Shown: positions 55,180 to 64,000 of the stretch, piece by piece
Layout of the letters: each line of letters starts with the position of its first letter
Position numbering within the stretch: the first letter of the stretch is position 1
DNA from: an uncultured Cryomorphaceae bacterium
GTDB taxonomy: Bacteria; Bacteroidota; Bacteroidia; Flavobacteriales; Schleiferiaceae
DNA length: 64,000 nucleotides
Direction of reading: 5' to 3'
Assembly (NCBI GenBank): GCA_902614915.1
Contig: CACMMX010000008.1
Coordinates: 9,155-73,154 of the forward strand
The notes under the pieces: generated by a model
The model's database searches: none
Seen by the model: only the letters and a program-made list of their open reading frames with translations
Told to the model about the DNA's origin: nothing
Position numbers and translations under genes: made by a program

Positions 55180-55264
55180 AATACTAAATTAGGATAGAAT
55201 GAGATGCTCGTTGAACTTTTCCTGTTATCTTTGTTATCTATCAGGAATCAATATCTTATAATTC

Positions 55265-56197
55265 TTGACTATTACGCAATTTCGCTACATTATTGCCGTT
55301 GACAACCACCGGCATTTTGCTCGGGCAGCGGCAACCTGTTTTGTTACGCAGCCAACCCTAAGCATGCAAATTCAAAAATTAGAAGATGAACTAGGCCTGC
55401 AAATTTTTGACCGATCTAAACAGCCTATAGTTCCTACACCCCTTGGCGAGAAAATTATAGAACAAGCAAGAAAAGTACTTCATGAAACAGCCATTCTAAA
55501 ACATATGACAAAGCAAATAAAAGGCACATTTGAAGGAGAGCTTCGTCTGGCAGTTATCCCCACAGTGGCGCCAAGCTTATTACCAAGGTTTTTAGTAGAG
55601 TTCAATAAGGCATATCCAAAAATCAAGCTATTCGTTGAAGAAATGAAGACCTCTAATATGATTGAGGCCCTGCGAAAAGACCGCATAGATGTGGGTATCG
55701 CAGCAACCCCACTTGAAGAAAAAGGAATTGTAGAGAGCCATTTATATCATGAACCCTTTGTTGCTTTTGTTCCCAACTACCATCCCATGGCAAAGGATAA
55801 ATTTTTACTAGCCTCTGAAATCAACACTGATGAGCTCTTGTTATTAAATGAAGGCCATTGTTTCCGAAATAGTGTACTTTCCTTATGTAATCCAATCAAC
55901 CTTCGTTCGGAGGGCATCCACATGGAAAGTGGTCATTTTGATACCCTGATTAAGTTGGCAGATAAGGGGATGGGTATGACCTTATTGCCCTATTTGACTA
56001 GCATAGACCTCAATAATGATAGATTCAAAGGGTCCGTAAAACCCATAGCAGAACCTACACCTACAAGACAGGTGAGTCTAATTTATTCACGCGCACAGCT
56101 AAAGTTAGCGTGGATTGAGGCATTAGGTGTAATCATAAAAAATCAATTGCCAAAAAAAGTGTTACAGCAGCCCGAACAAGTAATTAGCCCATTGTAA
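55265..56197 (+). CDS. oxyR: LysR-family transcriptional regulator, OxyR-like
   Basis: 310 aa. Has an N-terminal wHTH (ITQFRYIIAVDNHRHFARAAATCFVTQPTLSMQIQKLE) and the conserved Cys context LLLLNEGHCFR. Uses a TTG start. Confidence 0.75.
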   Translation: MTITQFRYIIAVDNHRHFARAAATCFVTQPTLSMQIQKLEDELGLQIFDRSKQPIVPTPLGEKIIEQARKVLHETAILKHMTKQIKGTFEGELRLAVIPTVAPSLLPRFLVEFNKAYPKIKLFVEEMKTSNMIEALRKDRIDVGIAATPLEEKGIVESHLYHEPFVAFVPNYHPMAKDKFLLASEINTDELLLLNEGHCFRNSVLSLCNPINLRSEGIHMESGHFDTLIKLADKGMGMTLLPYLTSIDLNNDRFKGSVKPIAEPTPTRQVSLIYSRAQLKLAWIEALGVIIKNQLPKKVLQQPEQVISPL

Positions 56198-57590
56198 GGA
56201 GAAAGTATCCGAGAATCGTTAACAATAGCAGGGCAAAAATATTTAAAATTAAACCCCTAATAATCATGTATCGCACGGTGAGCTTCCCCGTAGAAAATAC
56301 AATGGCATTTGGTGGCGTGGCCATGGGTAGCATAAATGCGCAACTCGCTCCTAAAACCAAAGGAATGCTCAAAATCTCCATGGACCACCCAAAAGTGATA
56401 GATAAACTAAAAACTAGAGGCATCAAAGCGCTCACTAAAGCCATATTGCTCAGTAGTTCAGTAGCAAAAACTCCCAAAAATGCCATTATGAATACCCAAA
56501 TTATAAGCGGTATTTCACCTAAGGATTGCATGCTTGATTCCAATAAACCAAACCATTGACTTTGTTGAAGCGTTCCTGCTAATGCTAGTCCACCGCCAAA
56601 TAGAATTAGAATACCCCAAGGTAACTTAGCGGTTGCCTCCCAATCTAAAATAGTGGAGCCTTTCTCACCAACAAGAGTGAATAACAAGATTGCAGCAATT
56701 AATGCAATTCCAGAATCCGACCATTGTATGTGGGTACTGATACTACCGATATAAGGACGTAATATCCATAGCAAGGCTGTGGTAACGAAAATCAATGCCA
56801 CCCGCTTTTGACTACGATTTAAACTTCCAAGTTTTTCCCATTCAGTTTTCAAAAAATCTGCGGTATACTCTTCGACCGTACCAGAAAATTGAACACCGCG
56901 GAAACTACGTGCCAAAATCAAAAATGCTACTATACCCATGATAATGGATGCGAAAAGTCCTATCGGCAACCATTCTACAAATCCAATTTCTCGGTCTAAG
57001 TTCTCACTAAGGAACCCAGCAAAAATCATATTAGGAGGCGTTCCAATTAAGGTAGCCATACCACCAATATTCGATGCCCATGCAACGGATAAAAGTAAGG
57101 GTCGCTCAACCCTCACAGATACTTTATTGGGCAGAACAGCCAACACACTCGTAACTACAGGAAGCATCATAATTGAAGTTGCTGTATTGCTAATCCACAT
57201 GGACATAAAAGCTGAGCTAATCATGAATCCAGCAAGCAAACCCCGCCCCTCAGTACCTGTTTTACGCAAAATCCATAGAGCTATACGGTAGTGTAAATTA
57301 GTTTGTTCTAATGCCCTTGCTAATACAAATCCTCCAAAAAACAAATACACTAGAGGATGTGCGTAATAGGTGGACATACTTTTGGCCTCCATTATTCCAA
57401 ATAAGGGAAACAACAATAATGGTAACAATGCAGTCACCGCCAAATGAACAGTTTCTGAAATCCACCAGATAAGCATCCAGAAAGTAATACCAAGAAGGAT
57501 AAAATGAGACTCAAAACCACCCATTACGGCCATAAAGAATGCCACAAATGGTCCGATAAAGCGAATTAAGACTGTACCTTTGTTAATCAT
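56184..57590 (-). CDS. SLC13/DASS family anion:sodium symporter
   Basis: 468 aa and polytopic, with repeated SNTA/PPN hairpin motifs (SNTATSIMMLP, TPPNMIF, TPPNAIV). Confidence 0.75.
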   Translation of the reverse strand: MINKGTVLIRFIGPFVAFFMAVMGGFESHFILLGITFWMLIWWISETVHLAVTALLPLLLFPLFGIMEAKSMSTYYAHPLVYLFFGGFVLARALEQTNLHYRIALWILRKTGTEGRGLLAGFMISSAFMSMWISNTATSIMMLPVVTSVLAVLPNKVSVRVERPLLLSVAWASNIGGMATLIGTPPNMIFAGFLSENLDREIGFVEWLPIGLFASIIMGIVAFLILARSFRGVQFSGTVEEYTADFLKTEWEKLGSLNRSQKRVALIFVTTALLWILRPYIGSISTHIQWSDSGIALIAAILLFTLVGEKGSTILDWEATAKLPWGILILFGGGLALAGTLQQSQWFGLLESSMQSLGEIPLIIWVFIMAFLGVFATELLSNMALVSALMPLVFSLSITFGWSMEILSIPLVLGASCAFMLPMATPPNAIVFSTGKLTVRYMIIRGLILNIFALLLLTILGYFLLTMG

Positions 57591-57603
57591 TAATTAAGAG
57601 TTT

Positions 57604-58173
57604 ATGAGATTAATTTTTGCCACCCATAACGCGGATAAGTTACGAGAGGTTAAGGAATTAATTGGATACAAATACGAAGTAATTAGTTTAGATGAACTTG
57701 GAGATCATGAAGATATACCAGAAAACGAACTTACCCTAGAAGCTAATGCCTTATTCAAGGCACGTATGATTTGGAATAAATATGGTTTGGCTTGCTTTTC
57801 TGATGATACTGGTTTAGAGGTAGATGCACTTGAGGGGGCACCTGGAGTGATAAGTGCGCGATATGCGGGCGAAGCCAAAGATCCACAGGCAAACATTGAT
57901 AAGCTACTTTCTGCGCTGACCCAAGCAACTAAAAGGTCAGCGCAATTTCGTACTACAGTTGCACTCATTCTTGACGGCAAAGAATATCTTTTTGAAGGCT
58001 TGGTAAGAGGATCAATTGCTGCAGAGCGCCAAGGAAATAAAGGTTTTGGCTATGACCCTATTTTTATACCCGAAGGTTACGATCGTAGTTTTGCACAAAT
58101 GGATAACGCTGAAAAAAACAGCATAAGTCACCGGGGACGAGCGATTACTAAACTTGTGGACTTTCTAATCTAA
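57604..58173 (+). CDS. rdgB: Non-canonical purine NTP pyrophosphatase RdgB/HAM1
   Basis: 189 aa with FATHNADKLRE, SDDTGLEVDAL, SARYAG and FGYDPIF motifs. Confidence 0.9.
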   Translation: MRLIFATHNADKLREVKELIGYKYEVISLDELGDHEDIPENELTLEANALFKARMIWNKYGLACFSDDTGLEVDALEGAPGVISARYAGEAKDPQANIDKLLSALTQATKRSAQFRTTVALILDGKEYLFEGLVRGSIAAERQGNKGFGYDPIFIPEGYDRSFAQMDNAEKNSISHRGRAITKLVDFLI

Positions 58174-58718
58174 TCTTCTTTCGTTTGGAGGCGAGTAAAA
58201 AAACTAAAATTCACACTTCCGTAACGACGGTGTTCCATGAAGTAAGGGAGGTGACTTAAATCCGTTTGATCGCTATGCTCAATAATTGCTTCGCCAACCT
58301 CAGTTAATAATCCATAGTCAAAAATACCACTAGTTAAATCCTCATAAAACTCATAATCGTATGGAGGATCTGCAAAGACAATATCATACTGAGTTGCATT
58401 CCTACGAACCCATTGTAATGCATCAGCCTGAACAATCTGTATATCGGCTTTTAAATAATCCGAAGTCTCGGAAATAAACTGTACGCAATCTCTGTGCATA
58501 TCTACGGCAACTATTTCCCTGGCACCTCTCGAGGCAAACTCAAAGCTTATATTACCAGTACCAGAGAATAAATCTAGTACACGTAGATCTTCAAAGTAGA
58601 ATCGATTATTAAGAATGTTAAATAAACTCTCCTTCCCAAAGTCTGTTGTTGGGCGCGAAGGGAGGTTTTTTGGTGCTCTAATTCGTTTACTTCGCCACTT
58701 TCCGCTAATGATTCTCAT
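58170..58718 (-). CDS. rsmD: 16S rRNA (guanine966-N2)-methyltransferase RsmD
   Basis: 182 aa with RIISGKWR, LDLFSGTG and FADPPY motifs. Confidence 0.85.
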   Translation of the reverse strand: MRIISGKWRSKRIRAPKNLPSRPTTDFGKESLFNILNNRFYFEDLRVLDLFSGTGNISFEFASRGAREIVAVDMHRDCVQFISETSDYLKADIQIVQADALQWVRRNATQYDIVFADPPYDYEFYEDLTSGIFDYGLLTEVGEAIIEHSDQTDLSHLPYFMEHRRYGSVNFSFFTRLQTKED

Positions 58719-59497
58719 AGTCTTAAAAGTGGACCAAAAAAGGCTATATCTACATCATTCATTGCAGAGCTCACGTTCACATATCTAGCAACCTTTATTC
58801 CCTCTACCTTAAAAAAGAAGGGTTTAATAAATAATCGGTATTCTATATGATTTACCCCGCTAACCTCAACTTGAAGCATTCCTCGTTTCCACTGTAATTG
58901 CTCAGAAATATTTCCTAAATGGTAAAGTAAGTCTTCTTTTGACTCTACGGGTAAGCTGTTAGCTAAATGAACCCTTTTATTATCAATAGCATAAAAATTT
59001 GCAGTATTTCCACCCAAATCGACCCAAATCTTTTGTTCTTTTGGAAAGCTCATTTTCTCTAGTTGTAACAGCCAATTATGTGCAATATCTCTCTGTTTGA
59101 TATCCTCTTGTGTCAAAAATGCAAGGGCTTGACATTCTAACTTTTTAGAAGTGAAAATTTTATTTGCCTTTTCGCCAAGAAGATGTGTTGTCCAACCCAA
59201 ATCGTCTGGCATTAATGCCTTCGGTAACAATGTAGATTTAGGATAATCGCTTGCCATGATAACCTTACCCGGTATCTGTGGAAAAAAGGATTTTACTTGT
59301 TGGAATGGATCTAGTGAAAGCTCTGAGACGGGTATATATCCTATCATGTAAAGCTGATCAGTGATGGAATTTTTAACCAAAAAAGAAAGTCCATCCTGCT
59401 GACGTAAGATGGACAATGTACAATTTTCTGCCTTTGCTGATTCAAAGGCTGGATCAATATTAGTCTGCTTTACAGTAAGTGTTTTCGTAGTTACCAC
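58715..59497 (-). CDS. DUF3822-like protein
   Basis: 260 aa. Conserved position upstream of rsmD in Bacteroidota. The assignment rests on synteny and length rather than a sharp motif. Confidence 0.45.
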   Translation of the reverse strand: MVTTKTLTVKQTNIDPAFESAKAENCTLSILRQQDGLSFLVKNSITDQLYMIGYIPVSELSLDPFQQVKSFFPQIPGKVIMASDYPKSTLLPKALMPDDLGWTTHLLGEKANKIFTSKKLECQALAFLTQEDIKQRDIAHNWLLQLEKMSFPKEQKIWVDLGGNTANFYAIDNKRVHLANSLPVESKEDLLYHLGNISEQLQWKRGMLQVEVSGVNHIEYRLFIKPFFFKVEGIKVARYVNVSSAMNDVDIAFFGPLLRL

Positions 59498-60092
59498 TGA
59501 TAGTTGGTTGTGTTAATGAGCCAATGGTAAGCGAGTTATTCTCGGCCTTACTAAACGCTTGTGGAAATTCTTCTGCAATATCTGCAAAAATTACTTTGTA
59601 TGGAGCGCTCACAATAAAAGTGGCAACATCTACTCCGTTTTTATTAATCTCCGAAGCATCCATTATAAAGGAAGAGTCGGTACCTGAAATATTTCGTAAA
59701 GATTCTGCCATAAAACCTTCACCAAACAATTGCGTACTCACCTTCTCCTGACCTAGCACACGTACAATCACTGAATCCTTACTCATTTCTTTTTGGTAAA
59801 TTTTGTCATAGTACATGAAAGAGGTATCCTTTCTTTCAATAATGCTCAAGTATCCAGTATCAACAAAACTAACCAGTTCTTGAATGGAAACGCAGTAGCT
59901 TCCCATTTCACTCTTAAAGGCTAACTGGGCCTCACGAATATTCTCTAATTGCTCAGTAATATCGCACAACCTAGTGCGCTCAATCCGCTGGAATTTGATT
60001 GGTTGCATAATACTTTGGTAGATTCGTACGGTCAAAAACAGACACGTAACGATTAGAGCTGCTTTAATTCCGAGTTGTACCTTTGGAGTCAT
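59460..60092 (-). CDS. Hypothetical membrane-anchored protein
   Basis: 210 aa with a single N-terminal TM segment (GIKAALIVTCLFLTVRIY). Has a 38-nt overlap with the downstream gene. Confidence 0.5.
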   Translation of the reverse strand: MTPKVQLGIKAALIVTCLFLTVRIYQSIMQPIKFQRIERTRLCDITEQLENIREAQLAFKSEMGSYCVSIQELVSFVDTGYLSIIERKDTSFMYYDKIYQKEMSKDSVIVRVLGQEKVSTQLFGEGFMAESLRNISGTDSSFIMDASEINKNGVDVATFIVSAPYKVIFADIAEEFPQAFSKAENNSLTIGSLTQPTISGNYENTYCKAD

Positions 60093-60138
60093 TGTAATTG
60101 TTCAGGATTAATCGCTTCAAAACTACAATATTTTTTCA

Positions 60139-61554
60139 TTGCTTACACCGCAATCCACATACTCAGATTTAAAAGGCTTTTTCCCATTCGAACCGACTAA
60201 AGACCAAGTTGCTTTACTAAAAAAACTATCACTATACCTTAGCGTAAAACGTCTTCATCCAGAGGTGCTGATTGTCAAAGGATATGCAGGGACTGGAAAA
60301 ACAACTATTCTGAAATCTGTGGTTGCCGTACACAAGAAACATCGAAAAAAAATTATGTTAATGGCGCCAACGGGAAGAGCTGCCAAAATCATGGGAGGCA
60401 CTGCCGGCAATAATGCCTTTACCATACATAGAAGTCTGTATAGACCAAATGTGTCATCCGGAGGGGTAGCTCAATTTGTCTTGGCAAACAATTCAAATAA
60501 AAATACCACATTTGTCGTGGATGAAGCTGGATTGATTTCTACCAATAAAGACAATGCCCTTGGGCATAATTCACTTTTAGAGGACTTGCTAAATTTTGTT
60601 TTTACGGATGCATCAAACAGTTTAATTTTAGTTGGAGATCCTGCACAATTACCCCCAGTGGGCCAACCCAAAAGCCCAGCACTCAATTCAGACTACTTTA
60701 CCAGAATAGGTTACAATACCGTAGAGCACACGCTTCGTATTGTTGTTAGGCAGGCATTAGACAGTTACATTTTGCGCAATGCAACCCAGCTTAGAAAGCT
60801 TATAGAAAAGGAAGATTCAGGTGCTCCAAAAATGCTGCCAGGAAAAGACTTCATCGTTATTGAAGACAGCTACCATTTGCAGGAAGTATTCGAACAATTA
60901 TACTCCGCTCATGGCGAGGGGAATACCATGATTGTTAGATCTAATAAAAAGGCAAACAATTACAATCAAGGTATTCGTGGCAGAATCAAATTTCAAGAAA
61001 ATCAAATTTCTGCTGGCGACCAATTCATGGTTGTCAAAAACAACTATTTCTGGCTACCGGAGACTTCTACCATAGGGTTTATAGCAAACGGAGAAATTGG
61101 AGAAGTGCAATCTATTCGAAATATACACGAGCGCTACGGTCTAACATTTTGTGAAGCGACAGTAGCCTTTATAGATTATCCCAGTGAAAATGCGATTGAC
61201 GTCATTCTTAACCTAAGCGCTCTTCAATCAGAAGGGCCCTCCTTATCAACCGCACAGAATAATGAGTTGTACGAGCAAATGTTAGTTAAGTTTTCTCACT
61301 TAAGTACAAAGAAGAAAATTTACGAAGCCATTAAAAATGACCCTTACTACAACGCGCTTCAAGTGAAATTCAGCTATGTCATAACCTGTCACAAAAGTCA
61401 AGGGGGCCAATGGGAACAGGTGATTATTGAACACCCCTATTTGCCAGATGGCCCTTCACCCATATATTATAAATGGCTCTACACTGCGATAACAAGGGCA
61501 ACCAAAAAAGCCTATCTGTTAGGTTTTCCTCCAGATTGGTTTACTGTATCTTAG
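60139..61554 (+). CDS. RecD-like SF1 DNA helicase (AAA_30 + UvrD_C_2 type)
   Basis: 471 aa with Walker A GYAGTGKTT, Walker B FVVDEAG, LVGDPAQLPPV and C-terminal TCHKSQGGQW. Its TTG start is uncertain. Confidence 0.75.
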   Translation: MLTPQSTYSDLKGFFPFEPTKDQVALLKKLSLYLSVKRLHPEVLIVKGYAGTGKTTILKSVVAVHKKHRKKIMLMAPTGRAAKIMGGTAGNNAFTIHRSLYRPNVSSGGVAQFVLANNSNKNTTFVVDEAGLISTNKDNALGHNSLLEDLLNFVFTDASNSLILVGDPAQLPPVGQPKSPALNSDYFTRIGYNTVEHTLRIVVRQALDSYILRNATQLRKLIEKEDSGAPKMLPGKDFIVIEDSYHLQEVFEQLYSAHGEGNTMIVRSNKKANNYNQGIRGRIKFQENQISAGDQFMVVKNNYFWLPETSTIGFIANGEIGEVQSIRNIHERYGLTFCEATVAFIDYPSENAIDVILNLSALQSEGPSLSTAQNNELYEQMLVKFSHLSTKKKIYEAIKNDPYYNALQVKFSYVITCHKSQGGQWEQVIIEHPYLPDGPSPIYYKWLYTAITRATKKAYLLGFPPDWFTVS

Positions 61555-61572
61555 GCGACCAGTCACTCTATC

Positions 61573-62127
61573 ATGAAATATATAATTAGCAAACTTGCAT
61601 TTTGGTTAATTGGATGGAAAGTTGTTGCTTCAAAGGAAATAATTGAAAAGGCAAAAAATACCGTTACCGTCGCAGCTCCTCACACTTCAAATTTTGACAC
61701 ATTTCTAGCTTTAGCAGCCTTTTGGCAAATGAAATTACCTATGAAATTTCTCATTAAAGACTTCTATACAAAATGGTACTTCTTTGGTTTGTTTACTTGG
61801 CTCGGTGGAATTGGTGTTAATAGATCTCAACATAATAATTTGGTTGATTTAAGTGCAAAACTTTTAAAAAATGATAAAATCAACTTGATTATTAGCCCGG
61901 AAGGAACTCGAAGTCGAACTAATAAATGGAAAAGCGGATTTTACTATATAGCCAAAAAAGCCTGCGTAGATATTAGCCTAGGTTTTGTTGACTACAAAAA
62001 TAAAAGAACGGGAGTAGTAAAAATAATTACACCCACAACTTTAGAAGAAACAAAGGCGGAACTGACCGATTTTTATAAAGATATTCATGGTAGGTATCCT
62101 GAGAAGTTCAATCCAAATATCTCCTAA
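61573..62127 (+). CDS. 1-acyl-sn-glycerol-3-phosphate acyltransferase family protein
   Basis: 184 aa with the HX4D motif APHTSNFD and SPEGTRS. Confidence 0.7.
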   Translation: MKYIISKLAFWLIGWKVVASKEIIEKAKNTVTVAAPHTSNFDTFLALAAFWQMKLPMKFLIKDFYTKWYFFGLFTWLGGIGVNRSQHNNLVDLSAKLLKNDKINLIISPEGTRSRTNKWKSGFYYIAKKACVDISLGFVDYKNKRTGVVKIITPTTLEETKAELTDFYKDIHGRYPEKFNPNIS

Positions 62128-62567
62128 TGTCCCTAAAAAAATTGAATTTTCCTGATGAAATCACCTCAGTTTTAAGAACTAAACTAGAGGAGGAAAAGGA
62201 ATTGATTTTTGATTCGGTTAGAAAGAAGTGGCTCGTATGCACACCAGAAGAATGGGTACGTCAACATGCTGCGCAATATCTTATAGCAAAAGGCTACAGC
62301 ATTCATCATATTCAGGTAGAGACAGGTTTAAAAACAGGATTTAAAACCAAACGTAGCGATTTGATTGCGAATAGTAACGGAAAACCTCAAGTCTTGGTTG
62401 AATGTAAATCACCTAGTGTAAAACTTAGTCAAAACACCTTTAATCAAGCATTCAACTATAACAATACCATTGGAGCAAAGACGATTTGGCTCACCAATGG
62501 TCTTCAAAATCTATATTGGGACTGTAAAGATAATAAACAGTTAGAGGAACTCCCGCGCAATCTCTAG
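62127..62567 (+). CDS. HsdR N-terminal-like (PD-(D/E)xK fold) stand-alone domain protein
   Basis: 146 aa. RSDLIANS...PQVLVECKSP fits a D...ExK nuclease-fold core. Its ATG shares one base with the upstream TAA. Confidence 0.5.
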   Translation: MSLKKLNFPDEITSVLRTKLEEEKELIFDSVRKKWLVCTPEEWVRQHAAQYLIAKGYSIHHIQVETGLKTGFKTKRSDLIANSNGKPQVLVECKSPSVKLSQNTFNQAFNYNNTIGAKTIWLTNGLQNLYWDCKDNKQLEELPRNL

Positions 62568-62956
62568 CGTAATCTATCTAAAGAACGTACCTTGGCTTCG
62601 TCTTTCTGAATCCCTTTGGAAGCCATAAAAGCAAGGACAATATTTATAAAGGGAATAAGCACACCCCATTCTGCAGAGGCACCATTTCCTTGAATGATCC
62701 AAATCAGAGCTCCCAAAACTAACAAGCAAATCACCATACCTAAACGAACTATAAGCAGCTGTAGATTTCTGTTCTTATAGAGTAAAATTGATCCGGAAAA
62801 AAAGGCCATTAATGCACCAAACCCTCCAAAAGTTGATGCGTTCGCTGTTGCCGCAAAACTTTCTCCGTCCAGAGAGTACATTGGAAGAATAAATGCTGAC
62901 AAGGCACTCAAGATGGCCGTCACGAACAAATAAAGGGTTTGAATTCGCTGAATCAT
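62564..62956 (-). CDS. DUF4293-like small membrane protein
   Basis: 130 aa with an MIQRIQTLYL N-terminus and 4 TM segments. Confidence 0.55.
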   Translation of the reverse strand: MIQRIQTLYLFVTAILSALSAFILPMYSLDGESFAATANASTFGGFGALMAFFSGSILLYKNRNLQLLIVRLGMVICLLVLGALIWIIQGNGASAEWGVLIPFINIVLAFMASKGIQKDEAKVRSLDRLR

Positions 62957-63089
62957 GATATAATTTTTGACAAATTTGAAAAAAAATCAGTTTAAAAGAA
63001 CCCATTTTATATTAAACTCACTATTATTGTAATATAGAGTTCGAAGGAAATTCACCTAATCGTTTCTTTTACAAGTTATTCCCAAACAC

Positions 63090-64000
63090 ATGTTGACTGA
63101 AAAAGATTTGCATTCTCGCAAATTGCCCGAGCTTAAAGAATTGGGCATAAAATTAGAAATACCAAAAGCCAAAACCATGAAAAAAGGCGAATTGGTAGAC
63201 GCTATTAAATCAAAACTAGGTATGGAAGCCAAAGATGCAGCTGCTAACGAAACCTCTACCAAAGAAGAAAGTGCTGAAAAATCGGCCAAAACTGAAGTTG
63301 AAGCGGAAACTAAAGAGCACAAACCCGAACAAAATGAGGACCGAAAGGATCGTCAATCAGGTGAGCAGCATCACCGCAATAAGAATCGGAACCAAGATAA
63401 AAATCGCAACAACCATAACCACGATAATCGCCGAAGAAGGCCTAAAGAATTTCACTTTGAAGGAATTATTGCCAATGAAGGCGTACTAGAAGTAATGCCG
63501 GACGGTTACGGCTTTCTAAGAAGTTCAGACTACAACTATCTAAATTCTCCAGACGATATTTACGTCAGTCAGAATCAAATTAGAGGCCTTGGTCTAAAAA
63601 CAGGAGATACAGTGAGCGGGGAAGTTCGACCTCCGAGAGAAGGTGAAAAATACTTCCCTCTTGTTAAAGTAAACAGTATAAATGGACGCAGCCCCGAATT
63701 TGTAAGAGACCGTGTTTCTTTTGAGCACTTAACGCCGTTGTTTCCTGAAGAAAAATTTGACATTACTACTCGCAAAATATCTACTTCAACCCGTATTATT
63801 GATTTGTTCTCTCCCATTGGCAAAGGCCAACGTGGACTGCTCGTCGCGCAGCCCAAAACTGGTAAAACCACTTTAATGAAAGAGGTTGCAAACGCCATTG
63901 CAGCCAATCACCCTGAAGCCTACATGATTGTCCTTCTCATTGACGAACGTCCGGAAGAGGTTACAGATATGTCTCGAAGTGTAAACGCAGAAGTGGTGGC
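63090..64000 (+). CDS. rho: Transcription termination factor Rho (5' partial, runs off the window)
   Basis: This open frame starts at the ATG at 63090 and is not in the ORF track because no stop lies in the window. It has the Rho_N segment [14 protein letters not shown], the RNA-binding [14 protein letters not shown], the Walker A QPKTGKTT and [10 protein letters not shown]. Confidence 0.9.
   Translation, partial: MLTEKDLHSRKLPELKELGIKLEIPKAKTMKKGELVDAIKSKLGMEAKDAAANETSTKEESAEKSAKTEVEAETKEHKPEQNEDRKDRQSGEQHHRNKNRNQDKNRNNHNHDNRRRRPKEFHFEGIIANEGVLEVMPDGYGFLRSSDYNYLNSPDDIYVSQNQIRGLGLKTGDTVSGEVRPPREGEKYFPLVKVNSINGRSPEFVRDRVSFEHLTPLFPEEKFDITTRKISTSTRIIDLFSPIGKGQRGLLVAQPKTGKTTLMKEVANAIAANHPEAYMIVLLIDERPEEVTDMSRSVNAEVV

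Noticed and set aside
60139-62567. RecD-like helicase plus an HsdR-N-like nuclease-fold protein as a defence or restriction system.
   Set aside because: There is no methyltransferase, specificity subunit or full HsdR motor. An unrelated acyltransferase sits between the two genes. From memory, this gene set next to rho and rsmD looks like conserved Bacteroidota housekeeping synteny, and I see no hallmark of a mobile or variable defence island.
63235-63489. 84-aa ORF from the track (Lys/Thr-rich).
   Set aside because: It lies in a different frame inside the rho coding region, whose own frame gives unmistakable Rho motifs. The ORF is a by-product of the low-complexity insertion.
63056-63907. 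Minus-strand ORFs 63056..63322 and 63575..63907.
   Set aside because: Both are antisense to rho and have low-complexity or unconserved-looking translations.
1-64000. CRISPR arrays, rRNA operons, IS elements.
   Set aside because: Reading through the intergenic regions revealed no regularly spaced direct repeats, no 16S/23S/5S hallmark sequences, and no transposase-like ORF or terminal inverted repeats.

Overview
The window looks like a compact chromosomal segment of a Bacteroidota genome, probably Flavobacteriia-like. Evidence for this: three proteins carry T9SS type-A C-terminal sorting domains; TAnnTTTG -7 promoter boxes sit upstream of the tRNA genes; and family content is typical (DUF1599, BT_3928/DoxX, DUF3822, DUF4293, a folP-cdaA pair, surE-lpxB). 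About 90 percent is coding. Most of it is housekeeping: rlmD, aroK, clpS, prmA, tpiA, folP, cdaA, lpxB, surE, bshB1, a ccmBCDEF cytochrome c maturation cluster, kdsC, maf, ilvE, mnmD, rnz, pyrB, pyrR, mpl, oxyR, rdgB, rsmD and a 5' partial rho. There are four tRNA genes: Lys-UUU, Leu-GAG, Val-UAC and Arg-ACG. I found no rRNA, CRISPR array, transposase, integrase, or recognisable restriction-modification, toxin-antitoxin or known defence operon. The stretch that looks accessory is roughly 4.8-13.7 kb. It contains three tRNAs, a repeated tRNA-trailing module, an exported caspase-like protease convergent with a DUF4384-like protein, T9SS cargo proteins, a CIA30-like protein and an AlkB-like hydroxylase. 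I cannot point to a clear-cut novel multi-gene system. The best candidates for follow-up are: (1) the exported caspase-like/DUF4384-like pair bracketed by a ~70-nt module repeated behind two different tRNAs; (2) a 1462-aa ORF of unrecognised function translationally coupled to prmA; (3) an intradiol-dioxygenase-like protein with both a Tat signal and a T9SS sorting domain; (4) a variant System I Ccm cluster whose CcmE has Cys instead of the heme-binding His; (5) an orphan MbnP-like lipoprotein pair coupled to an acyltransferase. All family assignments come from motif recognition by eye. No database search was run.
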